DNA of 32,000 nucleotides from Candidatus Nitrosotenuis sp. (lineage in GTDB: Archaea; Thermoproteota; Nitrososphaeria; Nitrososphaerales; Nitrosopumilaceae): the NCBI GenBank assembly GCA_049276655.1, contig JBASWV010000010.1, positions 91,757-123,756 of the forward strand. Direction: 5' to 3'. Positions within the stretch are counted from its first letter, which is position 1, and the number at the start of each line of letters is the position of its first letter. Of this stretch, positions 23,942 through 32,000 are shown in pieces. The position numbers and the translations under genes are program-made. The notes under the pieces were generated by a model. That model was given only the letters and a program-made list of their open reading frames with translations, was not told the origin of the DNA and ran no database searches.

Positions 23942-25336
23942 TTACTGGCAGAATGCGTATTTGCGCTCCCCTTTGCTTTCAGGGGCCTTTTCGACACTGA
24001 TTAGAACAAACTCTTCTTTGGCATCAAGGAGGCTTTCGGTTGGGCTTCGCTTGTTTTCATGAATCTCTTCATATTCTTCCAGTGAGAGCTTTTTTCTTTC
24101 GCCTATTTCTGCCTCTATGTTCATGTTTTGCACCATCTCCTTGTATGTGGGCTGGATTACACCGCTAAAGACCATTGCGCTGCTTCCGCTGCCATATGAA
24201 CCGAACCCGAACCTCTTTCCCGCTAGGTCTACTCCCTTTTGGAATTCAAACTCCAAGCAGCTTCTGAATCCTAGATACAGTGACGCAGTGTAAAGGTTGC
24301 CTATCATGGACGACGCAACAAGTGAGCTTGCAAGCTTGTCTTCATAGAATGCCTGGTACTCCTTTGTCTTTGTAAATAGTTTGGTGAACTGGTGATCCTT
24401 TGCCATGTATTCCTCGTCAGCAAGAATGGATTCGATCGTCCCTCGAGGATCCTTTGGCATCGGCTCTTCCATGCCTGTCTGCTCAATTATCCTCTTCCAC
24501 CTGGGCAGGTGCCTCCACTCTCTTCTTAGGAGGTACGCAAGTGCTTTCTTCCCCATGTTGCTGTATGGCAGGTGCATGCACAGGTAGTCGATATGATCTA
24601 GGATTGTCTCTCCTTCGTTGAGCTTAACTATTCCCGTCTCCAGCGCCTTTTTCTTGTATGCCTCAAATGCCTTCTTGACTTGAATCAGATACAGCAAATT
24701 GGAATACTGGCCATGGACTATTGGCGTTTCTTTGCCAAACGGCCTGTAAAAGTCATACTCGTTTTTAATCGACGTCGATGTAACCTTGGTATCGAACTGT
24801 AGCAAGCGCGGCTTGTCGTTTAGAAGCATTGCGATTGCGCCAGCACCCTGAGTGTACTCACCAGCAGAGCCAAGATCGTATTTTGCAATGTCTGATACTA
24901 CGACTATGGCGGATTTGCCCTCGGCCTCGCCGGCGCGAATCCAATTACAATTATCATATACAGCATAAGATCCAGATACACACGCAAATTTGCACTCGAT
25001 TCCGCCGCAGTGCTCAAACGAGTCAGCTCCGTAAACCTGCTCTAGCATGCCTATTACGTACGAGTTTAGCGCCTTTGACTCGTCAAGGGCGGACTCGGTA
25101 GCTACATACAGCCTTCCAATGTCTTGTGGGGAGAGGCTGTTTTTCTGCATCAGCTTTAGGCAGGCGTTTGCAGCAAGGCATGCCGGATCCTGGTTGGTGT
25201 CTACTATTGCCATTTTTGATATGCCCAGTCCCTGCTTGAGCTTGCCTGGGTCTAGCCCTCTGGCTACGGCAAAGTCAGCCGAGTCTACAAAGAGCCTCGG
25301 TATGTACACTGAGATGTCATCTATTCCTGCTGCCAT
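23942..25336 (-). CDS. Hydroxymethylglutaryl-CoA synthase (mevalonate pathway)
   Basis: 464 aa. GIDDISVYIPRLFVD..DFA.ARG.DP.K...GLG, ATESALDESKA and ECKFACVSGSY (catalytic Cys region) are typical of HMGCS. Confidence 0.88.
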   Translation of the reverse strand: MAAGIDDISVYIPRLFVDSADFAVARGLDPGKLKQGLGISKMAIVDTNQDPACLAANACLKLMQKNSLSPQDIGRLYVATESALDESKALNSYVIGMLEQVYGADSFEHCGGIECKFACVSGSYAVYDNCNWIRAGEAEGKSAIVVVSDIAKYDLGSAGEYTQGAGAIAMLLNDKPRLLQFDTKVTSTSIKNEYDFYRPFGKETPIVHGQYSNLLYLIQVKKAFEAYKKKALETGIVKLNEGETILDHIDYLCMHLPYSNMGKKALAYLLRREWRHLPRWKRIIEQTGMEEPMPKDPRGTIESILADEEYMAKDHQFTKLFTKTKEYQAFYEDKLASSLVASSMIGNLYTASLYLGFRSCLEFEFQKGVDLAGKRFGFGSYGSGSSAMVFSGVIQPTYKEMVQNMNIEAEIGERKKLSLEEYEEIHENKRSPTESLLDAKEEFVLISVEKAPESKGERKYAFCQ

Positions 25337-25358
25337 GAGCTCTCAGCTCTGAATTTTG

Positions 25359-25370
25359 AATATAAGGGTT
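25359..25370. repeat. Left copy of the 12-nt perfect direct repeat AATATAAGGGTT flanking the TnpB element
   Basis: Identical 12-mer at 26688-26699, and both are preceded by CTGAAT. On the minus strand it reads AACCCTTATATT, with TTATATT centred 26 nt upstream of the HMG-CoA synthase ATG (25336). Confidence 0.8.
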
Positions 25371-26687
25371 CTGTGCAATTTGTGAGATCTTACTTGTACA
25401 TGTTATTGGTGTAATCTGTTATGCGTGAGTCAACACTCAATGCATCAGATCCGTTTAATTCATGGGTATGAAAGATATTCATTGCCTATTAAATCCACAA
25501 GGCAGATCTTTGAACCAAATTCTGAGCAGACATACATGATGGAAACGTTTCGTCAGATGGTCAACGACTGCATCAGAATAGGATTGGGAAACAATTGTGC
25601 CACACTCAAAAAACTATCGTTGCTATCTTACCACAAGATGAAAAATTATGACATTATGTCCTATTACAAACTGACTGCGATTTCATATGCCTGTGGAAGA
25701 CTGGCTCAGAGAAAAAAAGATATCAAGAAAGGTAGAAATCCAAAGCCACCATACATAAAAAAACCCTTTCTGGTCTCATGTTATGGCTTTAAGATCAACG
25801 GAGTTCTATTGTCATTTCCAATCAGAAACAGAGAATTTGCAAACATCCTGTTAAATGATCATACCACAAAAACCATTTCAGACAAGTCTATCAAAGTAAG
25901 GTCTTTTACAATAACTCCAAATTCATTATCACTATCAATACAAAAAGAAGTAGAGCCATTCAAACCAGAAAAAACAATCGGAATAGACAGAAACCTCAGA
26001 AACGTTACCTTTGGAAACTCTGATAAAGTAATTTTAGTTAATACTGCAGAACTGCTCAAAATAAAAGAAAACTACAACCATGTAGCTGCAAGCATCAGAC
26101 GAGATGACTGGAGAGTCAGAAAGAAGATTAGGAGCAGACTTGGAATCCGACAGGCGCGAAGAATACAACAACGAATCCATAGGATCTCAAAATCCCTAGT
26201 TGAATATTCAAAAAAACAAAAGGCAATGATCATCTTTGAGGATCTGAATGGGATCAGAAGACTATACCGAAAGGGAAATGGTCAAGGAAGGAAATTCAGA
26301 AGAAAACTAAACTCATTGCCAAATTATGAACTTGAAAGACAGGTAACATACAAGGCTGACTGGGAAGGGGTTCCAGCAGGCCACGTAAATCCAAGATGCA
26401 CCAGCATGTTCTGTCCAAGATGCGGAGGGAAACTCCAAGAGGACAGGCAGAGACGTCGTGATTTGTGGTGCGGTAATTGTGAGAGATGGCAGGACAGAGA
26501 TGTCATAGCTGCCATGAATATTTCTCATAAGGGGTTGGTGAGATTAGCCAATTCTGAAGGCGATACAGGTGAAGCAATGAGTGGGAACCTGAATCCTGAA
26601 AAGGAACCAGTAATCCTCAGAGTCGATGTATCGAAGTTGATCACAGACTTGATATCATGATCAAGTTTGTCAGATTGACACTGAATC
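25371..26687 (+). mobile_element. TnpB-only IS200/IS605-family (IS1341-like) insertion; boundaries provisional
   Basis: A single tnpB ORF with no tnpA, bounded by 12-nt direct repeats. By eye it looks more AT-rich than the flanks. There is a weak terminal inverted similarity (CTGTGCAATTTG vs complement of CAGATTGACACTG). Confidence 0.6.
25425..26660 (+). CDS. tnpB: TnpB-like RNA-guided endonuclease / IS200-IS605 OrfB transposase-accessory protein
   Basis: 411 aa. RuvC-like motifs TIGIDRNLRN (D), AMIIFEDLNGI (E) and WQDRDVIAAMNI (D). Zinc ribbon CPRCGG...CGNC. Archaeal-type C-terminus PVILRVDVSKL. The start may be ATG 25440 rather than GTG 25425. Confidence 0.88.
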   Translation: MSQHSMHQIRLIHGYERYSLPIKSTRQIFEPNSEQTYMMETFRQMVNDCIRIGLGNNCATLKKLSLLSYHKMKNYDIMSYYKLTAISYACGRLAQRKKDIKKGRNPKPPYIKKPFLVSCYGFKINGVLLSFPIRNREFANILLNDHTTKTISDKSIKVRSFTITPNSLSLSIQKEVEPFKPEKTIGIDRNLRNVTFGNSDKVILVNTAELLKIKENYNHVAASIRRDDWRVRKKIRSRLGIRQARRIQQRIHRISKSLVEYSKKQKAMIIFEDLNGIRRLYRKGNGQGRKFRRKLNSLPNYELERQVTYKADWEGVPAGHVNPRCTSMFCPRCGGKLQEDRQRRRDLWCGNCERWQDRDVIAAMNISHKGLVRLANSEGDTGEAMSGNLNPEKEPVILRVDVSKLITDLIS

Positions 26688-26699
26688 AATATAAGGGTT
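26688..26699. repeat. Right copy of the 12-nt direct repeat AATATAAGGGTT
   Basis: Perfect match to 25359-25370; lies 28 nt after the tnpB stop. Confidence 0.8.
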
Positions 26700-26756
26700 A
26701 TCGGCTAACTTCATTGTAGTCATACAAATCTATCATAATTCGGGTAAATTCAGAAA

Positions 26757-27332
26757 TCAAGACTCTCTGATCCAGCCCTTTTTGATCTCTTCTCTGTCTT
26801 CTTTTCTGCCGATTCCTGTAGCATACCGCCACACAATTGGAGCATCAGTAGCCATCTCTGTTTTTATTTGAATGAGGGATTCTATCTCTCCTTCTAAGTT
26901 AGAGTCAGCCGTCTTGTGATATTGACAGAATTTGCATTTCGAATCCAGCGTAATCGGATTGGATTCGATTAACGGATATGCCTTGCACGCAAGGGGCCTC
27001 TGGTCGTATATCCTGCAGAGATAACCACCATGTGGGGATCTCCTATCCGAGTCCACATCCAAAAAATGACATGTGTTGCCGTCTTTTTCTTTTCCCATCA
27101 TTTGGTATGCGATTATTTTTTCGGGGCCGTTGGAATTCTGATATGCGACTCCGATCCGCGGAAGAATTGTCACATCGAGTCTATGTTTTTTTGCCAGTTC
27201 TGCTATCTTGTCTTTTTCTTCAGGTAAAATGAGCACTCCGACCTTGCCAAATCTCTTTGTTGGGTAATACTCGCGCTCTATACAGCACTGAGAACAGTCC
27301 TGTATGCAGTTAAACTCCATGATGCCAGTCAT
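26757..27332 (-). CDS. YkgJ-family (UPF0153) cysteine-cluster protein, putative Fe-S/zinc-binding
   Basis: N-terminal CIQDCSQCC (CxxCxxCC) and a later C...YLCRIYDQRPLACKAYP motif are characteristic of YkgJ/UPF0153. Confidence 0.75.
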   Translation of the reverse strand: MTGIMEFNCIQDCSQCCIEREYYPTKRFGKVGVLILPEEKDKIAELAKKHRLDVTILPRIGVAYQNSNGPEKIIAYQMMGKEKDGNTCHFLDVDSDRRSPHGGYLCRIYDQRPLACKAYPLIESNPITLDSKCKFCQYHKTADSNLEGEIESLIQIKTEMATDAPIVWRYATGIGRKEDREEIKKGWIRES

Positions 27333-27350
27333 GGCCTTGAGAAATATAAT

Positions 27351-28043
27351 CTAGCTTTTGGGCTCGCCTGATTCCAAAACATTCACGACCACATCGTATG
27401 GTTGTGCGCCTGGAATTTTCGCTATTTTGTTGTTTGGGCCAATCACAAAAAAGTCAGGAGTCCCTGTAAGGCCGTGTCCGTGCGTCCAGAGTGCTTGCCT
27501 GAATCATCGACTTGTATTTGTCGCCGGCTGTGCACTCAGAACTCTGCCGATGCCCAGCCATTGTTTTCACCATTCCAGTTGTTGTATGGTGCGTCGTGAT
27601 ATTCTCAGAATCTGCCTTGCTAGCTTGCACAATGCGCAGCATGAGCTGTGGTGACGGAGTCCTGACCTATTATGGTAAAGACGAACTTTGCTTTGCCAGT
27701 CGATATCGTTCTCGTAAATCTTATTGTCAGTTTCATGGAAGAACTTGTTGCAGTAAGAACACCAAGTCCCCAAACTCTACAATCGTGATTGGCGCGTCTG
27801 GCTCCAAAGGTACGGAGAGGCATTTTCATAAAATATTGACATGCTGACCTCTTGCTAGTCTGGCGTAACTTCTTGCTCTTGAGCATCTGATGGCTTGATG
27901 TCGCCTACTCTAAAGACGGTATCTGTCATGGCGTTCATGGTGAAGAACACCCTAAATATGATTGCGGAGGCAGTCCCCGCGCCGATTCCTAGGGATGGTG
28001 CGTGTATCAACAAGTGCCCACAAATCTGGATTAATTTAGTCAT
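27351..28043 (-). pseudogene. Decayed DsbA-like thiol:disulfide oxidoreductase gene (multiple frameshifts and in-frame stops)
   Basis: No single long ORF. Minus-strand fragments in three frames join into a collinear DsbA-like protein: TM anchor, ENASPYL, PDAPITIVEFGD, WCSYCNKFFHETDNKIYENDID, TGKAKFVFTIIGQDSVTTAHAAHCAS, QGRF, EYHDAPYNNWNGENNGWASAE, ECTAGDKYKSMIQASTLDA, GLTGTPDFFVIGPNNKIAKIPGAQPYDVVVNVLESGEPKS. In-frame stops at 27855-27857 (TAG), 27620-27622 (TAG) and 27605-27607 (TGA). Confidence 0.7.
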
Positions 28044-28137
28044 TTGTAGAATTGATTCATTCTGAAACGATCCGCAAAATTCTCAAGGCTTGCATATCAA
28101 GTGTAATCTAAATAAATCCGGCATATTTGTAAAACAT

Positions 28138-29187
28138 ATGAGAAAGGTCTTTGTCAACGGGTATGGCTCGATCGGCAGTCGCATCGCACAGTTCATCAAA
28201 GATGATCCTGAGATCAAGGTAATCGGGGTTGGCAAGTTTTCAGCGGACGAAAAAGTAAACGACGCAATCTCAAGAGGGTTTGACGTTTACGTTCCGCAAA
28301 AAAACATCGAGAGTTTCAAGAATTACAAAATAAAGGGCGGCATCGAAGACGCCATAGAAAACTGCGACATTGTTATTGACTCCTCGCCTGGCGGAACGGG
28401 CTATGAAAACAAAAAGACACTTTATGAGCCAAAAAACGTGATGGCGATATACCAAGGCGGCGAGTCTGTGTTTGGCGATGAACGCGTCTCTGACATTTTG
28501 TTTAACTCACGTGTAAACTACAAGGAAGCATTTGGGAAAAAACACGTCATGCAGGGAAGCTGCAACGTCACTGGAATGGGAAGAATACTCCAGCCGCTGC
28601 GGGAAAAATTTGGCTCCAAAATCGAGCGATTTGACGCCATACTTGTGCGAAGATGGGCTGACCTTGAGCAGACAAACAAAACCGTACCAGATACTATCGA
28701 GTGGACTGCAAACCCGCACCACCAAGATGACGTAAAGCATTACATGGGAAAAGAAACCCCGCTGTTCATCCAAGCAATAAAGGTCCCGACAAGACAGATG
28801 CATGTCCATATGATGAACATACGGTTCAGGGGAAACGCACCTTCACCGCCTGAAATTCTAGACCTCTTCAAAAACGAGTATGGTGTTGCGACACTCTGGA
28901 CTGCAAAAGGAACAAAGCAGATACGGGATGCCGCAGAGTCAATGAAGTTCAGCTTCAAAGACACCAACATGATACACATTCATGCAAACATTCTGGAGTC
29001 GATAGGGGACACAGTCAAGATGCTGTACTCCGATGATCAGACAGGGATAGTCATTCCAGAGAATCACCTGCTCATGCAGGCCATGCTGTTTCAAAAACCG
29101 TACGAAGACGCCTTTAAGCACACTGAATCGTTATTCCACATGGAAGAAAAGAAAAGGATGCTTGAAGAGTTTTTTGCCAGAAAATAG
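28138..29187 (+). CDS. gap: Glyceraldehyde-3-phosphate dehydrogenase, archaeal type II
   Basis: KVFVNGYGSIGSRIA (Rossmann), GSCNVTGMGRIL (catalytic Cys, SCN.TG) and ILVRRWAD. Collinear with archaeal GAPDH as I recall it. I prefer ATG 28138 over the track's TTG 28090. Confidence 0.8.
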   Translation: MRKVFVNGYGSIGSRIAQFIKDDPEIKVIGVGKFSADEKVNDAISRGFDVYVPQKNIESFKNYKIKGGIEDAIENCDIVIDSSPGGTGYENKKTLYEPKNVMAIYQGGESVFGDERVSDILFNSRVNYKEAFGKKHVMQGSCNVTGMGRILQPLREKFGSKIERFDAILVRRWADLEQTNKTVPDTIEWTANPHHQDDVKHYMGKETPLFIQAIKVPTRQMHVHMMNIRFRGNAPSPPEILDLFKNEYGVATLWTAKGTKQIRDAAESMKFSFKDTNMIHIHANILESIGDTVKMLYSDDQTGIVIPENHLLMQAMLFQKPYEDAFKHTESLFHMEEKKRMLEEFFARK

Positions 29188-30126
29188 CTAATTTCTTTCT
29201 CGCTCTACTTCGACAAAGATATGTTCCCTATTTGTATATGGAATTACTTGCATTATTTTTTGCTCGATGACATCAGTGATTGCTTCAATTTTGTCAGTAT
29301 CTAAATTATCAATCAAGTTGACCTGAATTCCAACCAGGATGTCTTCCGGGCCCATGTGCATCGTTCTCATCGTGATGATTTTGTTTACCTCTGGGATCTC
29401 TTGGATGGATCTTACGATTTTTTTGTACTCTCTTGTCGTGATGGACTCGCCAATAAGCAAGCCCCTGTTTTCTTTTGCCAAAAAGAACGCAAAGAACATC
29501 AATATACCTCCAATGAACAAAGACGCAATGGCGTCGTATACGGTGTTTCCAGTGACTTCGGACAAGAAGATGCCTATTGCCGCAACTATTATTCCAAGCA
29601 ATGCGGCCGTGTCTTCAACAACCACTGTCAATAGCGCAGTATCTTTGCTTTCTTTGAAATGTTCGACCATCGATGAAAATCTTACTTTTTCTCCCTTTTC
29701 CCGAATCTCCTTTGTAAACTGCTTTAGCGCCACCCTCAGTGCGTTTGCCTCAAAACAAAATGCGATTGCAAGCACGATATAGCTTATCTGTGAGTTTTCA
29801 ATGCGGTAAAATCCCTTATATAACGACGATACGCCTTGCTCAAGCGACAAAATGCCAGATATTCCAAATATCATCGTGGCCACAATAAATGACCAAAAGA
29901 ACAATTCCCTTCCATGGCCGAACTGGTGTTGGAAGCTCGCAGCCCTGGCACTGGTCTTTATCCCAAGCAATATCAGAATTTGATTGAATGTGTCTGATGC
30001 GGAGTGGTATGACTCTGCCCACATCGCGGCACTTCCGGTAAAGAGCGCCGCAATGAACTTGGTTATCGCTATGCCTAAATTTCCGAACAAGGCAGCATAG
30101 ACTGCCTTTTTAGAACCAGCTTTCAA
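29188..30126 (-). CDS. Cation diffusion facilitator (CDF) family metal efflux transporter
   Basis: 312 aa. GNLGIAITKFIAALFTGSAAMWAESYHSASD (TM1-TM2 signature), six TM helices, then a cytoplasmic C-terminal domain. Confidence 0.85.
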   Translation of the reverse strand: MKAGSKKAVYAALFGNLGIAITKFIAALFTGSAAMWAESYHSASDTFNQILILLGIKTSARAASFQHQFGHGRELFFWSFIVATMIFGISGILSLEQGVSSLYKGFYRIENSQISYIVLAIAFCFEANALRVALKQFTKEIREKGEKVRFSSMVEHFKESKDTALLTVVVEDTAALLGIIVAAIGIFLSEVTGNTVYDAIASLFIGGILMFFAFFLAKENRGLLIGESITTREYKKIVRSIQEIPEVNKIITMRTMHMGPEDILVGIQVNLIDNLDTDKIEAITDVIEQKIMQVIPYTNREHIFVEVERERN

Positions 30127-30201
30127 TTATCCGATAATTTTTCGCTGTTTGTTCTAATAAACTAATATTGTATTGTTCGTGCCTAACAAGACAAAATCCG
30201 T

Positions 30202-31539
30202 TTATCCACGTGGCGGAATTGCAAACCTGTTTGCTGGGTTGTTGTGATAGTCCACCGGAAGGCTAGAGTCTTTTTGCCGTCCTGTCAGAATTCCGACTAC
30301 GACATCGTCTTTTTTGATGATCTCTTTTTCAACCAGCTTTTTTATTCCTGCCGGGGTGGCACCTGATGCCATCTCGCAATCAAATCCGTTGAGGCCGACA
30401 ATGGACATGCCGTCAAGCATTTCTGCATCTGAAACCTTTTCGACAACGCCGTTTGTGTATTCTAGTGCCCTCAGTCCCTTGAGTATGTTTGCAGGCCTGC
30501 CTATCTGAATAGCCGTTGCCTTGGTCTTTGGCCGTATTCCTTTTTTGTCCAGATCTTCATAGTATTCTTTTATGAGCACGGTGTCTGGCCTGCCTTTATT
30601 CCAGCGCAGATTTGACTCGTTATACAGATCATAAAGTGTGCTTGCGCCTTCAGCGTTAATTACCGCGATTCTCGGAACTTTCTTAATCCATCCCCATTCA
30701 TACAGCTCCATTAGTGCCTTGCCACAACTAGAGGTGTTTCCAAGTGCTCCTCCAGGATAAACGATCCAGTCTGGCGCTTGCCAGTTTAGATACTCGATTG
30801 CTCGGTATGGGATTGTTTTTTGGCCCTCGAGTCTAAATGGGTTTACAGAGTTTACCGTGTATCCGTCTAGCTCTTTTGCATCTTTGAGTGATTTTGCAAG
30901 TGCGTCGTCAAAATTGCCCTGAACCTGAACGATTTGAGCCCCGAACTGGTATGCCTGACTGAGCTTTCCCGGCGCAATCTGCCCTGCCGGTATGTATACA
31001 TCGCACTCTATGTTCTCGTTTGCCGCAAACATCGCAGCGGCTGCTGACGTGTTTCCAGTAGATGCACAGATTAATTTTCTTGCGTCGATTAGTTTTGCGT
31101 GTGTGATTGCAGTCGCCATTCCGTTGTCCTTAAACGAGCCGCTTGGGTTGTAGCCCTCCGGCTGCAGCCACAAATTGTCATGATCCATTCCGATAAAGTT
31201 TGCAACCTTTGACATCTGGTATGGTTTTGACTGCCTTCCCTCCGCGCCGTCAAGTGACACCAAGTATTTTGAGCATTCCTCGCGGCTTGCAGTGTCTATT
31301 TGGCAAAAGTTAATGAGTTCTCTAAACCGCCATACCCCACTTTCATTAAAGATACTTCCTTGCGGGTTTCTTCTGTTGTAGAATAACTCCTTTAGCTCAG
31401 GTGATGGCGTTTTTTTGTATTTTACATCAAGTAAGTGGCCATGCTCACATTCGATGTTTTTTGAGCTTATTGGATACTCCAGCCCGCAGTATGGGTCTAT
31501 GCACTTTAGGTATGCGTTGCCCTTCAATCTAGATTGCAT
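30202..31539 (-). CDS. thrC: Threonine synthase (PLP-dependent, with N-terminal Cys-rich zinc-ribbon-like segment)
   Basis: 445 aa. NPSGSFKDNGMATAITHA (PLP lysine), ASTGNTSAAAA and GNFDDA are threonine synthase motifs. Confidence 0.88.
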   Translation of the reverse strand: MQSRLKGNAYLKCIDPYCGLEYPISSKNIECEHGHLLDVKYKKTPSPELKELFYNRRNPQGSIFNESGVWRFRELINFCQIDTASREECSKYLVSLDGAEGRQSKPYQMSKVANFIGMDHDNLWLQPEGYNPSGSFKDNGMATAITHAKLIDARKLICASTGNTSAAAAMFAANENIECDVYIPAGQIAPGKLSQAYQFGAQIVQVQGNFDDALAKSLKDAKELDGYTVNSVNPFRLEGQKTIPYRAIEYLNWQAPDWIVYPGGALGNTSSCGKALMELYEWGWIKKVPRIAVINAEGASTLYDLYNESNLRWNKGRPDTVLIKEYYEDLDKKGIRPKTKATAIQIGRPANILKGLRALEYTNGVVEKVSDAEMLDGMSIVGLNGFDCEMASGATPAGIKKLVEKEIIKKDDVVVGILTGRQKDSSLPVDYHNNPANRFAIPPRG

Positions 31540-31616
31540 TAAGACTGCTAGTTTAAATTTGAACCGCTAAAATCTCAGGCCAAGCTTTTTGAATGGTCTT
31601 GGATTAAACAAAGAAA

Positions 31617-31994
31617 ATGACCACATACGACGAATACCTAAGGGGGGTCCTCCAACAAATCGATGATTCGTATACCATTCTTTCAAATCTCAAGGACAAG
31701 CCAGGTGATCTGGAAATAATAAAAAGAGATCTTGCAAAAATATCCGGCCTTGCCCAAGCGCTTTCAAACAAGCTAATATCAAACAAGCAAGAATACTCTG
31801 ATTATCAGCATCTTCTTTTGCCACTTAGATTCTTTTTGGAAAATCATCACTTTTTTAGGGAGCTGGACACCATGTCGTCTTTATATTCAGATGATCCAAT
31901 GCGGCTCAAAAACATGCGACTGACCATACTTGATGCCCTTGACGAAAAGAATCTAATGGGACACATCAAGGCAATTCTAAGGGAGAGAACTTGA
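31617..31994 (+). CDS. Hypothetical helical protein (125 aa)
   Basis: ORF only; no recognisable motif. Confidence 0.4.
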   Translation: MTTYDEYLRGVLQQIDDSYTILSNLKDKPGDLEIIKRDLAKISGLAQALSNKLISNKQEYSDYQHLLLPLRFFLENHHFFRELDTMSSLYSDDPMRLKNMRLTILDALDEKNLMGHIKAILRERT

Positions 31995-32000
31995 GCGACA

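Noticed and set aside
25371-26687. Terminal inverted repeats of the TnpB element (CTGTGCAATTTG vs complement of CAGATTGACACTG)
   Set aside because: About 10 of 13 positions match, with a gap. In AT-rich sequence this is within reach of chance, and IS200/IS605 ends are normally defined by subterminal hairpins. It is mentioned but not used to set the boundaries.
27605-27857. In-frame TAG/TGA codons in the DsbA-like gene as programmed recoding (pyrrolysine or selenocysteine)
   Set aside because: The stops occur alongside several 1-2-nt frameshifts. The TGA replaces a conserved Trp codon (TGG) and is not in the CxxC site. I saw no recoding element. Simple decay is the more economical explanation.
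27358-27886. Track ORFs 27358-27654 (+), 27402-27599 (+), 27512-27847 (+), 27454-27642 (-), 27567-27773 (-) and 27620-27886 (-) as separate genes
   Set aside because: They are mutually overlapping. The plus-strand ones are Cys/Arg-rich with no motif. The minus-strand ones are consecutive fragments of one DsbA-like gene, so the region is called a single pseudogene.

Overview
By gene content this window is archaeal and most resembles an ammonia-oxidising Thaumarchaeota/Nitrososphaerota chromosome (inference). Supporting genes are eS4, Rpp29 inside the ribosomal cluster, proteasome alpha, an ESCRT-III/CdvB homologue and type II GAPDH. Layout: a 3'-truncated secreted PQQ-type sugar dehydrogenase (1-803, -), purC, an ArsR-type regulator, DUF371, psmA and a SPOUT methyltransferase. 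Next comes a tightly coupled 16-gene ribosomal cluster (4731-12536, +) that lacks uL2 and stops after uL6 at tRNA-Asn(GTT). A ~3.7-kb block of uncharacterised genes follows (12.7-16.4 kb). It holds four copies of a 22-bp palindrome, a convergent pair of paralogous small secreted CGDxLC peptides and a 399-bp gene-free gap with G5T3 repeats. After that: CdvB, a split DipZ-like pair (CcdA plus thioredoxin-fold protein), a biotin cluster (bioF-bioB-bioA divergent from bioD), a hypothetical gene and HMG-CoA synthase. A TnpB-only IS200/IS605-type insertion is bounded by a 12-nt perfect direct repeat that contains the HMG-CoA synthase TATA box. The window ends with a YkgJ Cys-cluster protein, a heavily decayed DsbA-like pseudogene, type II GAPDH, a CDF transporter, threonine synthase and a hypothetical gene. 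Many start codons sit ~26-28 nt downstream of an AT-rich TATA-like box, which suggests leaderless mRNAs. All functional calls come from reading motifs in the translations; no database search was run.
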